A DNA stretch of 64,000 nucleotides from an uncultured Desulfarculus sp. (GTDB taxonomy: Bacteria; Desulfobacterota; Desulfarculia; Desulfarculales; Desulfarculaceae). Shown here piece after piece: positions 1-9,735 of the stretch. The notes under the pieces are model-generated. The model was given only the letters and a program-made list of their open reading frames with translations, was not told the DNA's origin and made no database searches. Numbering within the stretch: position 1 is the first letter of the stretch; each line of letters begins with the position of its first letter. Location of the stretch: the NCBI GenBank assembly GCA_963665125.2, contig CAXXUK010000001.1, forward strand, positions 2,432,001-2,496,000, in the 5' to 3' direction. A program made the position numbers and the translations under genes.

Positions 1-513
1 CTATGGCCCGCGGCAATCGTTCTGGCCAGCTTTGCCAGCCGCCTACCCCAAAACGGCGAGCCAATCCTCGAACTGGGGGCAGGCCTGGGTCTGCCGGGGC
101 TGGCCGCGGCGGCCAGCGGCAACGATGTGGTAATTACCGACCTGGAGCCGGACGCCCTGGAGTTTGCCAGGGCCGCGGCCGAGGCCAACGGGCTGGAGGA
201 CAAGATCGACGTCCGGGCTCTGGACTGGACCAAGCCTCCGGCCGACCTGGGACGCTTCAAGACGATCCTGGGCGCGGAGGTGCTTTATCAGCCCAAGATA
301 TACACCACTTTGGTCGATCTGCTGGAGACCCTGACCGAGCCGGACAGTTCGGTGTTCCTCAGCCACCAGATACGGCCGTTCGTGCCGGCCTTTTTCCAGC
401 TGGCCCAGGAACGCTTTGGCATAAAAAACACAAAGAGGACCATTCGGAGCGAAGACGGCCCCGTGGATGTGATCCTCTATGCGTTGAAGCCCCGCAGCGC
501 CAAACTGAATTAG
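1..513 (+). CDS. Class I SAM-dependent methyltransferase (Methyltransf_16 / lysine methyltransferase-like), 5' truncated by the window edge
   Basis: Frame 1 is open from base 1: LWPAAIVLA...ILELGAGLGLPGLAAA...VVITD...LDW...ILGAEVLY, matching the family motifs. Confidence 0.8.
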   Translation, partial: LWPAAIVLASFASRLPQNGEPILELGAGLGLPGLAAAASGNDVVITDLEPDALEFARAAAEANGLEDKIDVRALDWTKPPADLGRFKTILGAEVLYQPKIYTTLVDLLETLTEPDSSVFLSHQIRPFVPAFFQLAQERFGIKNTKRTIRSEDGPVDVILYALKPRSAKLN

Positions 514-531
514 CACTGCGTGAGGCATATT

Positions 532-948
532 TTACTGAAGAATGAAATAACCAGCCATGCGCCACGAGCCGTCGGCCTGGCGCATCATGGTTACGCGCTC
601 GCCGCTGTCATTTTGGGTGAAGGCGGTGGCATACTCTATCACCACATATTGGCCCGCCGGGGCGCCCGGAAGGCTGTTGAAGTCCTTGGCGCCCAGGATT
701 TTGCGGCTCTTGACCGTCCCGTAGGGCTTGCGGGCCGTGCTCAGCTGCTGAACCCAGGCATCTTGGGGAACCTTGCTCTTGAAGAACGCGCTGGCCTGGT
801 CCCAACTCTGGGCATATTGCCCGCTGTCAACCAATGACAGGAAGGCGGCGGAAGCCTTTACGGCAGCCTTGTCCGCGGCCAGACAAACCGAGGCCGATAA
901 AACCAACAAGGCGGCCAGACCAACAGTCACAAACTTTTTCACCGTCAT
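532..948 (-). CDS. DUF4019-like exported small protein
   Basis: GGAGG before ATG at 948; signal peptide; FLSLVDSGQYAQSW, LPGAPAGQYVVIEY and WRMAGYFI are typical of DUF4019. Confidence 0.75.
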   Translation of the reverse strand: MTVKKFVTVGLAALLVLSASVCLAADKAAVKASAAFLSLVDSGQYAQSWDQASAFFKSKVPQDAWVQQLSTARKPYGTVKSRKILGAKDFNSLPGAPAGQYVVIEYATAFTQNDSGERVTMMRQADGSWRMAGYFILQ

Positions 949-1008
949 GATGACCTCCGGTATCAAGGCCACGGCCAATGCGGGCCATGGCAAATTTCCT
1001 TTTTACTC

Positions 1009-1037
1009 AGGCTATAAGTGATGACGATGCGTGTCAA
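1009..1037 (-). promoter_or_regulatory. Sigma70-type promoter for the DUF4019 gene
   Basis: Minus strand TTGACA-N17-TAGCCT. Confidence 0.5.
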
Positions 1038-1046
1038 GAGGCCTGG

Positions 1047-1466
1047 TCAATCCAGGATGCGCAGGATGTCCTTGAGTTCGGCCACCACCTCTTCGCGCAT
1101 TGAATCGGGCATCGCCACCGGGCCCATGGCCAGGCTCAACTGCCCCGTTGCCGGAGCTGGCTCCTGTTCCATGGACGCACTGGGAGGCGGTTCTATTTCA
1201 GGATTCGGGGAGTCTTGCAGCCCTTCCAACAGCTGGCGGGCTCCGGCGATGGTGTAGCGCTTTTCGTGGACCAGCTCTTTGATCTCAAAGAGCTTCTCCA
1301 GGTCTTCCAGGCGGTAGAGGCGTTGTTTACTGGCCGCACGCACCGGCTTGAGCTGGGGAAACTCGCTCTCCCAGTAACGCAGGACATGGGTCTCCAGGCC
1401 CAAAAAGCGGGCTACTTCGCCGATGCGGTAATACGGCTTTTGCGGGATGTCGGCCGGTAACGTCAT
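1047..1466 (-). CDS. MerR-family HTH regulator (the type usually found after pheT-ihfA)
   Basis: IPQKPYYRIGEVA...LRYWESEFPQLKP...RLYR...YTIAGAR. Confidence 0.88.
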   Translation of the reverse strand: MTLPADIPQKPYYRIGEVARFLGLETHVLRYWESEFPQLKPVRAASKQRLYRLEDLEKLFEIKELVHEKRYTIAGARQLLEGLQDSPNPEIEPPPSASMEQEPAPATGQLSLAMGPVAMPDSMREEVVAELKDILRILD

Positions 1467-1488
1467 GCATCCCCCGTCAAAGTGCCAA

Positions 1489-3900
1489 TCAGCCGCGCAA
1501 TTCCCCCTGGAATTCGCCGAGCAGGGCCTCGACCATGGCGTCGAAATCGGGCACGACCTCTTCCTCGGTCAGGGTGCGGTCGTCGGCCCGGTAGGCCAGG
1601 CGCAGTCCCACGGATTTGCGGCCCTTGGGCAGCGGCTTGCCCTTGTATATATCGAACAACTCGACGCTGCGGAGCAGTCTGCCGCCTTTTTGCCTGGCCG
1701 TTTCCAGCACCTCTCCGGCGGCCACCGAGTCATCCACCACCAAGGCAACATCGCGCATGACCTCTGGATAGCGCGGCAGATGGCGGAAACTGGCCCGTTC
1801 TGGAGATAGTTGTACCAATAAATCCTGGTCCAGGTCCAGGTAATAGACGGGCCGTTTGATATCAAAGTCGGCGCAGACGCCCTTGGCCACCAGGCCCAGT
1901 TCGCCGATCAGGCTGTCGCCCGAGTAGACCCGCAGCCACTGTTCATGGTCCATGTAGGGCTGGGGCCCACCATCCTGACGGAAGCTGTAGTCCTTGATCC
2001 CCAGACCGTTCATCAAATACTCCACCACGCCCCTGATATGGGACAGGCTCACCTCGGCCTCGCCGCTGAACCAGCTTACCGGCTGGGCCAAGCCGCTGAT
2101 CACCGCGCCCAGCCGAGCGGGTTCAAAGGGCTGGGGATTGTCGCCCCGGGCGATGAACACCTTGCCCACCTCGAACATGGCCACGTCCTGGACCCTGTGG
2201 CCCAAATTGCGGCGTACGCAACTGAGCAGGCCGGGCAGCAGGCTGGTACGCAGCTGGGACAGGTCCTCGGAAAGGGGATTGGTCAGATTGACCACCTTGC
2301 GGCGGTCATCGCTTTCGGCCAGGCGCAGCTTGTCGTTCCACTCGGGGTGGCCGAATGAGTAGTTGATGGCTTCGTCCAGGCCATGGCCGGTCATGATGTC
2401 GCGGACCCGCTCCCGGATTACCTGCTCCCGGGCCCGCGGCTTGGCCATGATGCTGCCGCTGGGCATGGTGAAGGGGAACTTGTCATAGCCGATGAGCCGG
2501 GCCACTTCCTCGGTGAGGTCAACCGGGCGCTCCAGGTCGGTGCGGGTGGCCGGGGGCCAGGCCGCGATGCGGTCGTCGTCGATTTGCTCGACCTTCAGAC
2601 CCAGGGCCTCCAGGGGCCGCACAGTGCTGTCCATATCCAGCTCGGTGCCCAAAAAGGCCGCCGTGCGGCTGACGCTCAGCTCCAGGCGCGGGGCCTCGTA
2701 CGGCAGGGGATAGGCGTCAACCGCGCCCTTGGCCACGGTCCCGCCGGCCCATTCGGACATCAGCTTGGCCGCCCGTCCGGCGGCCCGCAGGCAGCCCTCG
2801 CGGTTGATGCCGCGCTCAAAGCGGTAGGATGATTCGCTGCCCATGTTCAGGTGCTTGGCCGTGCGGCGGATGGATGTGGGGTTGAAGAATGCAGCCTCGA
2901 TGAGCACGGCGGTGCTGTGTTCTTCGATCTCGCTGTTTAGCCCGCCCATGACGCCGGCCAGGGCCACCGGACGCTGGGTGTCGCAGATCAGGAGCATGCC
3001 CTGCTCCAACTTGCGCTCCTTGTTGTCCAGAGTGGTGAAGCCCTCGCCCTCGGCGGCCTGGCGCACGATGATCTTCGGACCGCCCACCTGGCCGTAGTCA
3101 AAGGCGTGCAGGGGCTGGCCCAGTTCCATCATCACGAAGTTGGTCACGTCGACGATGTTGTTGATGGGCCGCACGCCGCAGGCCTGCAAACGGTCGCGCA
3201 CCCAAAGGGGCGAAGGACCGATCTTGATGCCTTCGACGACCTTGGCCACGTAGCGCGGGCAGCTCTCCGGGTCGTCGATTTGCACCTGGATATACTCCGC
3301 GGCGTCTTTACCATCTTCAACAGGCTGGCAGTCGGGCAGGCTCACCGGCAGGCCCAACAGGGCGCCAACCTCGGTGGCCACGCCCAGCATGCTCAGGGCG
3401 TCGCCGCGGTTGGGCGTGATGGATATCTCCATCACCGCCGTCTCCAGGTCGAACAGGTCCACCAGGTTTTGGCCCAGAGGCGCGTCGGCAGGCAGGGCCA
3501 TCAGGCCGCCGTGGTCGTCGCTGAGGCCCAGGTCCCGCTCCGAGCAGAGCATGCCCCGGGATTCCACGCCGCGGATCTTGGCCTTCTTCACGGTGATATC
3601 GCCCAGCTTTGCCCCTTCCAGGGCTAGGGGCACCACCTGCCCCGGCTCCACGCCCGGCGCGCCGCAGACCACGGTTCGCGTCTCGTCGGCGCCGTATTCC
3701 ACGGTGACCAGGTGCAGGCGGTCGGCATTGGGGTGATCGTCAACAGCGATGATCTTGGCCGCGACGACCAGGTCCAGGCCCTGGTTGCGCGGCTCTATGC
3801 CGTCCACTTCCAGACCGGTGAGGCTCAGCAGGTCGGCCAGGTCTTGATCGGCCAAGTCATATTTTACGAACTGGCGGAGCCATTTCAGCGGTACCAGCAT
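1489..3900 (-). CDS. pheT: Phenylalanine--tRNA ligase beta subunit
   Basis: 803 aa; HPNADRL, VCGAPG, ITPNRGD, VDVTNFVMMELGQPLHAFD, C-terminal FDX-ACB domain; follows pheS. Confidence 0.98.
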   Translation of the reverse strand: MLVPLKWLRQFVKYDLADQDLADLLSLTGLEVDGIEPRNQGLDLVVAAKIIAVDDHPNADRLHLVTVEYGADETRTVVCGAPGVEPGQVVPLALEGAKLGDITVKKAKIRGVESRGMLCSERDLGLSDDHGGLMALPADAPLGQNLVDLFDLETAVMEISITPNRGDALSMLGVATEVGALLGLPVSLPDCQPVEDGKDAAEYIQVQIDDPESCPRYVAKVVEGIKIGPSPLWVRDRLQACGVRPINNIVDVTNFVMMELGQPLHAFDYGQVGGPKIIVRQAAEGEGFTTLDNKERKLEQGMLLICDTQRPVALAGVMGGLNSEIEEHSTAVLIEAAFFNPTSIRRTAKHLNMGSESSYRFERGINREGCLRAAGRAAKLMSEWAGGTVAKGAVDAYPLPYEAPRLELSVSRTAAFLGTELDMDSTVRPLEALGLKVEQIDDDRIAAWPPATRTDLERPVDLTEEVARLIGYDKFPFTMPSGSIMAKPRAREQVIRERVRDIMTGHGLDEAINYSFGHPEWNDKLRLAESDDRRKVVNLTNPLSEDLSQLRTSLLPGLLSCVRRNLGHRVQDVAMFEVGKVFIARGDNPQPFEPARLGAVISGLAQPVSWFSGEAEVSLSHIRGVVEYLMNGLGIKDYSFRQDGGPQPYMDHEQWLRVYSGDSLIGELGLVAKGVCADFDIKRPVYYLDLDQDLLVQLSPERASFRHLPRYPEVMRDVALVVDDSVAAGEVLETARQKGGRLLRSVELFDIYKGKPLPKGRKSVGLRLAYRADDRTLTEEEVVPDFDAMVEALLGEFQGELRG

Positions 3901-3912
3901 GGAATCACCCCT

Positions 3913-4920
3913 TTAGAACTGACGCAGGAAGCGAAGATCGTTTTCATAGAACAGACGCAGGTCATCGATGCCCAGGCGCAGCATGGCCACTCGCTCGATG
4001 CCGATGCCAAAGGCGAAGCCGCTGATCTCCTCGGGGTCATAGCCCACGTTTTTATACACGTTGGGGTCGACCATGCCGCAGCCCAGGATCTCCAGCCAGC
4101 CGGTGTTGCTGCACACCCGGCAACCCTTGCCCTTGCAGACCACGCAGCCGATGTCGACCTCGGCGCTGGGCTCGGTGAACGGGAAAAAGCTGGGCCGGAA
4201 GCGAACCGGTGCGTCGGCGTCGAATATCTCGTGCAGGAAGGTGGTCAATACACCCTTGAGGTCGGCGAAGGTGATGCCCTTGTCGACCATCAGGCCTTCG
4301 ACCTGCTGGAACATCGGCGTATGGGTGGCGTCGGAGTCGCGGCGGTAGGTCTTGCCCGGAGCCACGATGCGCACCGGCGGCGGCGTGGTCTCCATGACGT
4401 GAACCTGGACCGGGCTGGTGTGGGTGCGCAGGACCACGCCCTGGTCCACGTAAAAGGTGTCCTGCATATCCCTGGCCGGGTGATCGGGCGGGATATTCAG
4501 GGCCTCGAAGCAGTACCAGTCGGTCTCCACCTCGGAGCTTTCCACCACCTCGAAGCCCATACGGCCGAATACCTCCAGGATCAGGCGCTCGGTCTGGGTG
4601 GCCGGATGCAAATGCCCCCGGCGCATGGCAATGCCCGGCAGGGATACGTCGATCCCGCCTTTTTTGCGGCGGGCGGCCGCGCCCAGTTGTTCCTTGGCTT
4701 GTTCCAGGGCTGCTTCGATCTCGCCCTTGACCTGGTTGGCCACTTTGCCGAACTCCGGACGATCTTCCGGCGGCAAGGAGCCGGTCTTGCGGAGGATATG
4801 GGTCAGCTTGCCTTTGCGGCCCAGCAGGGACGTACGCAAGGACTCCACGGCTGCGGCATCGTCGGCCTTGGAAATGGCCTCCAGGGCCTCAGCGCCAAGG
4901 GCCTTGAGTTCTTCGAGCAT
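3913..4920 (-). CDS. pheS: Phenylalanine--tRNA ligase alpha subunit
   Basis: HPARDMQDTFY, LRTHTSPVQ, FRPSFFPFTEPSAE, GFAFGIGIER. Confidence 0.98.
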   Translation of the reverse strand: MLEELKALGAEALEAISKADDAAAVESLRTSLLGRKGKLTHILRKTGSLPPEDRPEFGKVANQVKGEIEAALEQAKEQLGAAARRKKGGIDVSLPGIAMRRGHLHPATQTERLILEVFGRMGFEVVESSEVETDWYCFEALNIPPDHPARDMQDTFYVDQGVVLRTHTSPVQVHVMETTPPPVRIVAPGKTYRRDSDATHTPMFQQVEGLMVDKGITFADLKGVLTTFLHEIFDADAPVRFRPSFFPFTEPSAEVDIGCVVCKGKGCRVCSNTGWLEILGCGMVDPNVYKNVGYDPEEISGFAFGIGIERVAMLRLGIDDLRLFYENDLRFLRQF

Positions 4921-4952
4921 GTGGCTCCCCGAAAGGATATTTGAGATCCAGT

Positions 4953-4987
4953 AAAAAGTTGAAAAGCCCCGAGGGGCCTTATCAACT
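4953..4987 (-). terminator. Intrinsic terminator-like hairpin between rplT and pheS
   Basis: Minus strand AGTTGA-TAAGGCCCC-TC-GGGGCTT-TTCAACT followed by TTTT. Confidence 0.55.
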
Positions 4988-5051
4988 ACGTGCCGGATGA
5001 GCCAAGGGCCCGCTCCGGCACGTGAAAACCGTCAGGTTTTTATAATCCGGG

Positions 5052-5402
5052 CTAGGCGCTCTTGACCATCTCGGCGACCTTGGCAAAGGCTGCCGGGTCG
5101 TTGACCGCCAGGTCGGCCAGGATCTTGCGGTCCAGACCGATGTTGGCCTTGCCCAAGCCATGGATGAACTTGGAGTAGTTCAGGCCGAACTCGCGGATGG
5201 CGGCGTTGATGCGCACGATCCACAGCTTGCGGAATTCACGCTTGCGGACCTTGCGGTCGCGATAGGCGAAGACCAGGCCGCGGTGGACGGTTTCCTTGGC
5301 GTTGCGGTACAGTTTGCGGCGGCCGCCGAAGTTTCCCTTGGCCATCTTCATGTATTTGTTGCGGCGGCGGCGGGCCTTGAAGCCGCGTTTTGCTCTTGGC
5401 AT
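5052..5402 (-). CDS. rplT: 50S ribosomal protein L20
   Basis: MPRAKRG...[23 protein letters not shown]...[11 protein letters not shown]. Confidence 0.98.
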   Translation of the reverse strand: MPRAKRGFKARRRRNKYMKMAKGNFGGRRKLYRNAKETVHRGLVFAYRDRKVRKREFRKLWIVRINAAIREFGLNYSKFIHGLGKANIGLDRKILADLAVNDPAAFAKVAEMVKSA

Positions 5403-5426
5403 TTTCTAAATCTCCCTGGTCGGCGA

Positions 5427-5624
5427 TTACAGGTTGGGCATCATCTTGCGAACGCCGGCCACGTTGGTCTTGTCCACCAGACCGCTCTGGCGCATACCGC
5501 GCTTGCGCTTGGTGCTCTTCTTGGTCAGGATGTGGCTCTTATAGGCCTTGTTGCGCCGGATTTTTCCGCTGCCGGTGGCGCGGAACCGCTTGGCTGCGGC
5601 GCGGTTCGTTTTAATCTTAGGCAT
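5427..5624 (-). CDS. rpmI: 50S ribosomal protein L35
   Basis: [14 protein letters not shown]...HILTKKS; GGAGGAG before ATG at 5624. Confidence 0.97.
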   Translation of the reverse strand: MPKIKTNRAAAKRFRATGSGKIRRNKAYKSHILTKKSTKRKRGMRQSGLVDKTNVAGVRKMMPNL

Positions 5625-5693
5625 AACTAGCTCCTCCTCCGGCATCGGCCGGGGGTGCAAATAAACTATAGTCTCCCGGGACGGAAGCGGTTG

Positions 5694-6206
5694 CTACTTG
5701 GGCACGAGAATCATGTGCATCAAACGGCCCATGCGGCTGGGCGGTGATTCAACGCTGGCCACGTCTTCCACCGTCTCGGCCACCTTTTCCATCAAGCGAA
5801 AACCTGAATCGGCATAGGCGATTTCACGGCCCCTGAACTGCACCGTGATCTTGACCCGGTTGCGGTCCTCCAAAAAGCGCCTGGCGTTGCGCATCTTGGT
5901 CTGAAAATCGTGCTCGTCGATTTTCGGACGCAGCTTAACTTCCTTAACCTGCGTCTGGGCCTGTTTTTTCTTGGCCTCCTGAGCCTTCTTGGCCTGCTCG
6001 TACTTGTACTTGCCGTAGTCCATGATACGGCATACTGGTGGGCTGGCGTTGGGCGCCACCTCCACCAAGTCAAGTGAAGCCTCGGCCGCATGCCTCAGGG
6101 CCTCGTCCATGCCGACAACTCCCAGCTGTTCGCCGTCGGCAGCTATCAGTCTCACTTGTGGGGCCCGGATTTTGTCATTGACCCTCACACGCTCCTTTTT
6201 GGCTAT
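5694..6206 (-). CDS. infC: Translation initiation factor IF-3, probable ATA start
   Basis: RVNDKIRAPQVRLI, LDLVEVAP, PVCRIMDYGKYKYE, VKEVKLRP; GGGAGG Shine-Dalgarno precedes an in-frame ATA at 6206. Confidence 0.95.
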   Translation of the reverse strand: MAKKERVRVNDKIRAPQVRLIAADGEQLGVVGMDEALRHAAEASLDLVEVAPNASPPVCRIMDYGKYKYEQAKKAQEAKKKQAQTQVKEVKLRPKIDEHDFQTKMRNARRFLEDRNRVKITVQFRGREIAYADSGFRLMEKVAETVEDVASVESPPSRMGRLMHMILVPK

Positions 6207-6303
6207 GGCCTCTTCCTCCCGTGTAGAACTTCCCAATTTTCCGGCCGGCTGACCCTCACCCAATCCGGCCGCTTATCTCATTGCGGCGAAAACGCCGCGT
6301 TTA

Positions 6304-8190
6304 TTACTTTTCCTCGGGCTCGTCGTAGCCCGGAACGCTCTTCTGGGCCAGCATGACCAAAAGCTCGTCCAGGCCCATGGGCTCCATGTTCTTGCCGCTG
6401 CGTAGGCGCGGGGTGACCTTGCGGTCCTCGACTTCCTTGTCGCCCAGAACCAGCATGTAGGGCACCTTCATCAACTGGGCCTCGCGGACCTTGGCTCCCA
6501 GCTTCTCGTTGCGCAGGTCTTTTCCGGCCCTGACCCCGGCGTTCTTCAGCGCCGCATAAACTTCCTCGGCCCAGTCATCGGCCCGGTCGGTGACCGTAAG
6601 CACCCGGACCTGCTCCGGGGCCAGCCACAGCGGGAAACGGCCAGCGTAATGCTCGATCAACACGCCGATAAACCGCTCCAGCGAACCCAGAATGACCCTG
6701 TGGATCATGGCCGGGCGCTGGCGGCTGTCGTCCGGAGCGATGTAGGTCAGGTCGAAGCGCTCGGGCAGCGTAAAGTCGCACTGGATCGTGGCGCATTGCC
6801 AGCTGCGGCCCAGGGCGTCTTTGAGTTTGAAGTCTATCTTGGGCCCGTAAAACGCGCCGTCGCCCTCGTTGATGTCGTACTCACGGCCCGACTCGCTGAG
6901 GGCCCTGGTCAACGCGGCGGTGGCCCGCTCCCAGTCTTCGTCGCTGCCAATGGCTTTTTCCGGCCTGGTGGACAGTTCCATCTCGTACTCAAAGCCGAAA
7001 ACAGCCATGACCTCGCTGACAAAGCGCATCACGCCCAGGATCTCTTCCTCGAGCTGATCCGGGCGGCAGATGATGTGCGCGTCGTCCTGGGTAAAGGCCC
7101 GCACCCGCGTCAGACCGCCCACAACGCCGGATTTCTCGTGGCGGTGCACGGTGCCCAGCTCGAACATGCGAACTGGCAGTTCGCGGTACGAATGCATCTT
7201 TGACTTGTATATTAACATGTGGGCCAGACAATTCATCGGCTTAATGCCGTAGGCCACTTCGTCAACCTCGGTGAAATACATGTTTTCCCGGTAGTTGTCG
7301 TAGTGACCGGACGTCTCCCACAGTTCACGCTTCAAAAGCTGGGGGCCCTGAACGATCTCGTAGCCGCGCTTCAAGTGTTCGCGGCGCTCGAAATCCTCGA
7401 TGGCCAGGCGCAGCATCATGCCCCGGTTGTGCCACAAGACCATGCCCGGCCCCACTTCCTCGTGGAAACTGAACAGGTCCAGTTCGCGGCCCAGCTTGCG
7501 GTGGTCGCGCTTCTTGGCCTCCTCAAGCATGTTCAGATAATGCTTGAGGTCTTTCTTATCAAAAAACGCCGTGCCGTAGATGCGGCTGAGCATGGGGCGC
7601 TTTTCATCGCCGCGCCAGTAGGCCCCGGCCACGCTGAGCAGCTTGAATGCGCCCACCTTGCCGCTGGCCGGAATATGCGGACCCCGGCACAGATCGGTGA
7701 AGTTGCCCTGGGTGTAGGTGCTCACCGTGTCGTCTTGCAGGTCATCGAGGAGTTCGACCTTGAACAACTCGCCCTGGGCGTCGAATTTGGCCCGGATTTC
7801 GCTCTTGGGCGCGTCGCAACGCTCAAACGGCACATTGGCCCGGATGATCTGGGTCATCTTTTCCTCGATGGCCGGCAAATCATCGGCGGTAAAAGCCCGC
7901 TTGTATTCAAAGTCGTAGTAAAAGCCGTTTTCAATGGACGGGCCGATTGCCACTTTCACACCGGGGAACAGCTCGCGCACGGCTTCGGCCATGATGTGGG
8001 CGGTGGAATGGCGCAGCAAATCCAGGGCCTCGGAATCGCCGGGCAGCACGGGGCTGAGTTCGGCGTTTGACGGCACCGTGGCCGAGAGATCAATCAGGCG
8101 GCCGTCATACCGGGCGGCCAGGGCCTTTTTAGCGGCCTTGGCGTCGACGGCGGCCAGAATATCAACGGCTTTTTTGCTTTGCGCTTCCAC
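6304..8190 (-). CDS. thrS: Threonine--tRNA ligase
   Basis: [43 protein letters not shown] start. Confidence 0.98.
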   Translation of the reverse strand: MEAQSKKAVDILAAVDAKAAKKALAARYDGRLIDLSATVPSNAELSPVLPGDSEALDLLRHSTAHIMAEAVRELFPGVKVAIGPSIENGFYYDFEYKRAFTADDLPAIEEKMTQIIRANVPFERCDAPKSEIRAKFDAQGELFKVELLDDLQDDTVSTYTQGNFTDLCRGPHIPASGKVGAFKLLSVAGAYWRGDEKRPMLSRIYGTAFFDKKDLKHYLNMLEEAKKRDHRKLGRELDLFSFHEEVGPGMVLWHNRGMMLRLAIEDFERREHLKRGYEIVQGPQLLKRELWETSGHYDNYRENMYFTEVDEVAYGIKPMNCLAHMLIYKSKMHSYRELPVRMFELGTVHRHEKSGVVGGLTRVRAFTQDDAHIICRPDQLEEEILGVMRFVSEVMAVFGFEYEMELSTRPEKAIGSDEDWERATAALTRALSESGREYDINEGDGAFYGPKIDFKLKDALGRSWQCATIQCDFTLPERFDLTYIAPDDSRQRPAMIHRVILGSLERFIGVLIEHYAGRFPLWLAPEQVRVLTVTDRADDWAEEVYAALKNAGVRAGKDLRNEKLGAKVREAQLMKVPYMLVLGDKEVEDRKVTPRLRSGKNMEPMGLDELLVMLAQKSVPGYDEPEEK

Positions 8191-8379
8191 TTACCTTCCA
8201 AGCCTTTAAAAAACACAACTAGCCCGAGGTTAGCGCGTAACCGGGCTCAGCGGCCAACCTGGGGTGGCTTCCGTTTTAATATACCACCTTTTCGGCGGCC
8301 TACGAGCTTCACTGCAATAAGGCCGCCCACCCCGATCCGGGGACCGAGCGGCCATACCGGTGATGTACGTTTGATTGTT

Positions 8380-8454
8380 TGGTTGGCTCGCTGGGATTTG
8401 AACCCAGGACCCCTACCGTGTCAGGGTAGTGCTCTCCCCCTGAGCTACGAGCCA
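8380..8454 (-). tRNA. tRNA-Val (anticodon GAC)
   Basis: Minus strand TGGCTCG TAGCTCAGGGGGAGAGC A CTACC-CTGACAC-GGTAG GGGTC CTGGG-TTCAAAT-CCCAG CGAGCCA A CCA: full cloverleaf with encoded CCA. Confidence 0.95.
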
Positions 8455-8466
8455 AAAACGAAACAA

Positions 8467-8495
8467 TTTCTACCAGCAGGCCGCCCCCGTGTCAA
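8467..8495 (-). promoter_or_regulatory. Sigma70-type promoter of tRNA-Val
   Basis: TTGACA-N17-TAGAAA, 12 nt upstream of the tRNA 5' end. Confidence 0.65.
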
Positions 8496-8538
8496 GGCCG
8501 CATTGGCCCGCATGATGCCGAATAAAGAGTTTTATTTC

Positions 8539-9684
8539 CTAGCGCCTTGGCAAAAGCACCAGCTTCATTCGGCCGGGCTCCACCTCCACCACGTTGACCA
8601 GGAAATCGCCGAAGTTCTGCACCAGCAGTTCATCGGCCAAACGTGACGGACTGACGCTTATTTTCAGGGCGTAACCGGCCTTGCCGCCGCCGACCTTGTT
8701 GCGCACGATGCTCTGGACCATGCCCGTCAGCGAACCGACGACCTCCTCGAATTTGATCAACTGGGCCAGGGACCGCACGCCGGTCACCTCCAGGGCCAAC
8801 TGGTCGTTTTCCGCCACCTTGATGGGCCGCGAGGCTGCCACCTGGGCCACCAGGTTGCGCACGGCCTCTTCCAGGGCCGCCTGGACCTGCTGGGCCCCCT
8901 CCAAGCCCGGCGGCTCGTTGAATACGGGGCCCTGGGCCTGGACCTGGGCCAAGGCCCTGCCCGTGCCCACCTCATAGGCCGTAAGCTCCACCAGCATCGG
9001 CGTCATGGCGTCCTTTTCGCTGACCAGGGGATAATCCCGCAGACGGCCCACTACCACTATGTCCGAACCGGCCAGGCGAGCCAGCTCCAGGGCCTGATCA
9101 GAGGTCAGGCTTTGCTGCATCAACGCCGGCGGCAGATTCTGGCGCAGGGGGCCGGGCTCGGTGATCTTCACGCCCATGGAGCCCAACACCTTGGCCATGG
9201 CTCCCGGCGCACCATCTGGTTGGCCGAATCCGGACCACCAGTACACTGGCGGCCGCCCCGGCGAGGAGTCCTCGGCCACCAGAACCATGAACGCCCCGAC
9301 ATGGCCCACCGGCACCCTCAGGCCGCTGAGGGCCAGGGCCTTTTCCAGGGCCGCCTTGTCAATGCTGGCCGAAACCAGCACCAGGACCCGCTTGTCGCTG
9401 GCGGTCACGGCCTCTATGGTGTAGCTACCCACGAACTGGTCGGCCTTGGCGATGATTTTTTCATCCAGGGCGTCCAGGGCCGAACGCAGGGTGGCCGGGT
9501 CCAGCAACTTGACGGCTTCCAGGGCCACGGCCCGGCGCAGGGCGTCGGACACGGCCTCCTGGCGGGCCTTGTTTTCATTATCGCCCAGGGCCGCCCGGCC
9601 CAGGCAACTGACCGTCTCGGCGGCGTACACCGCCGTAGGCAGGAGGATCGCCAAAGCCAACAAAATCACCAGGGCCCGTTTCAT
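8539..9684 (-). CDS. Exported protein with FlgT N-terminal-like domain
   Basis: Signal peptide (MKRALVILL...AVYA); GRAA...KARQEAVSDALRRAV resembles the FlgT_N/LPP20-like motif; start could be 9684-9690. Confidence 0.55.
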   Translation of the reverse strand: MKRALVILLALAILLPTAVYAAETVSCLGRAALGDNENKARQEAVSDALRRAVALEAVKLLDPATLRSALDALDEKIIAKADQFVGSYTIEAVTASDKRVLVLVSASIDKAALEKALALSGLRVPVGHVGAFMVLVAEDSSPGRPPVYWWSGFGQPDGAPGAMAKVLGSMGVKITEPGPLRQNLPPALMQQSLTSDQALELARLAGSDIVVVGRLRDYPLVSEKDAMTPMLVELTAYEVGTGRALAQVQAQGPVFNEPPGLEGAQQVQAALEEAVRNLVAQVAASRPIKVAENDQLALEVTGVRSLAQLIKFEEVVGSLTGMVQSIVRNKVGGGKAGYALKISVSPSRLADELLVQNFGDFLVNVVEVEPGRMKLVLLPRR

Positions 9685-9735
9685 CACCATTCTCCATAAC
9701 GGCCGCATCAGCCAGCCGGTGTCGTGCGCCACATG

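Noticed and set aside
8380..8454. tRNA-Val as an island integration site
   Set aside because: Flanked by core genes, no integrase, and no duplicated tRNA 3' end noticed.
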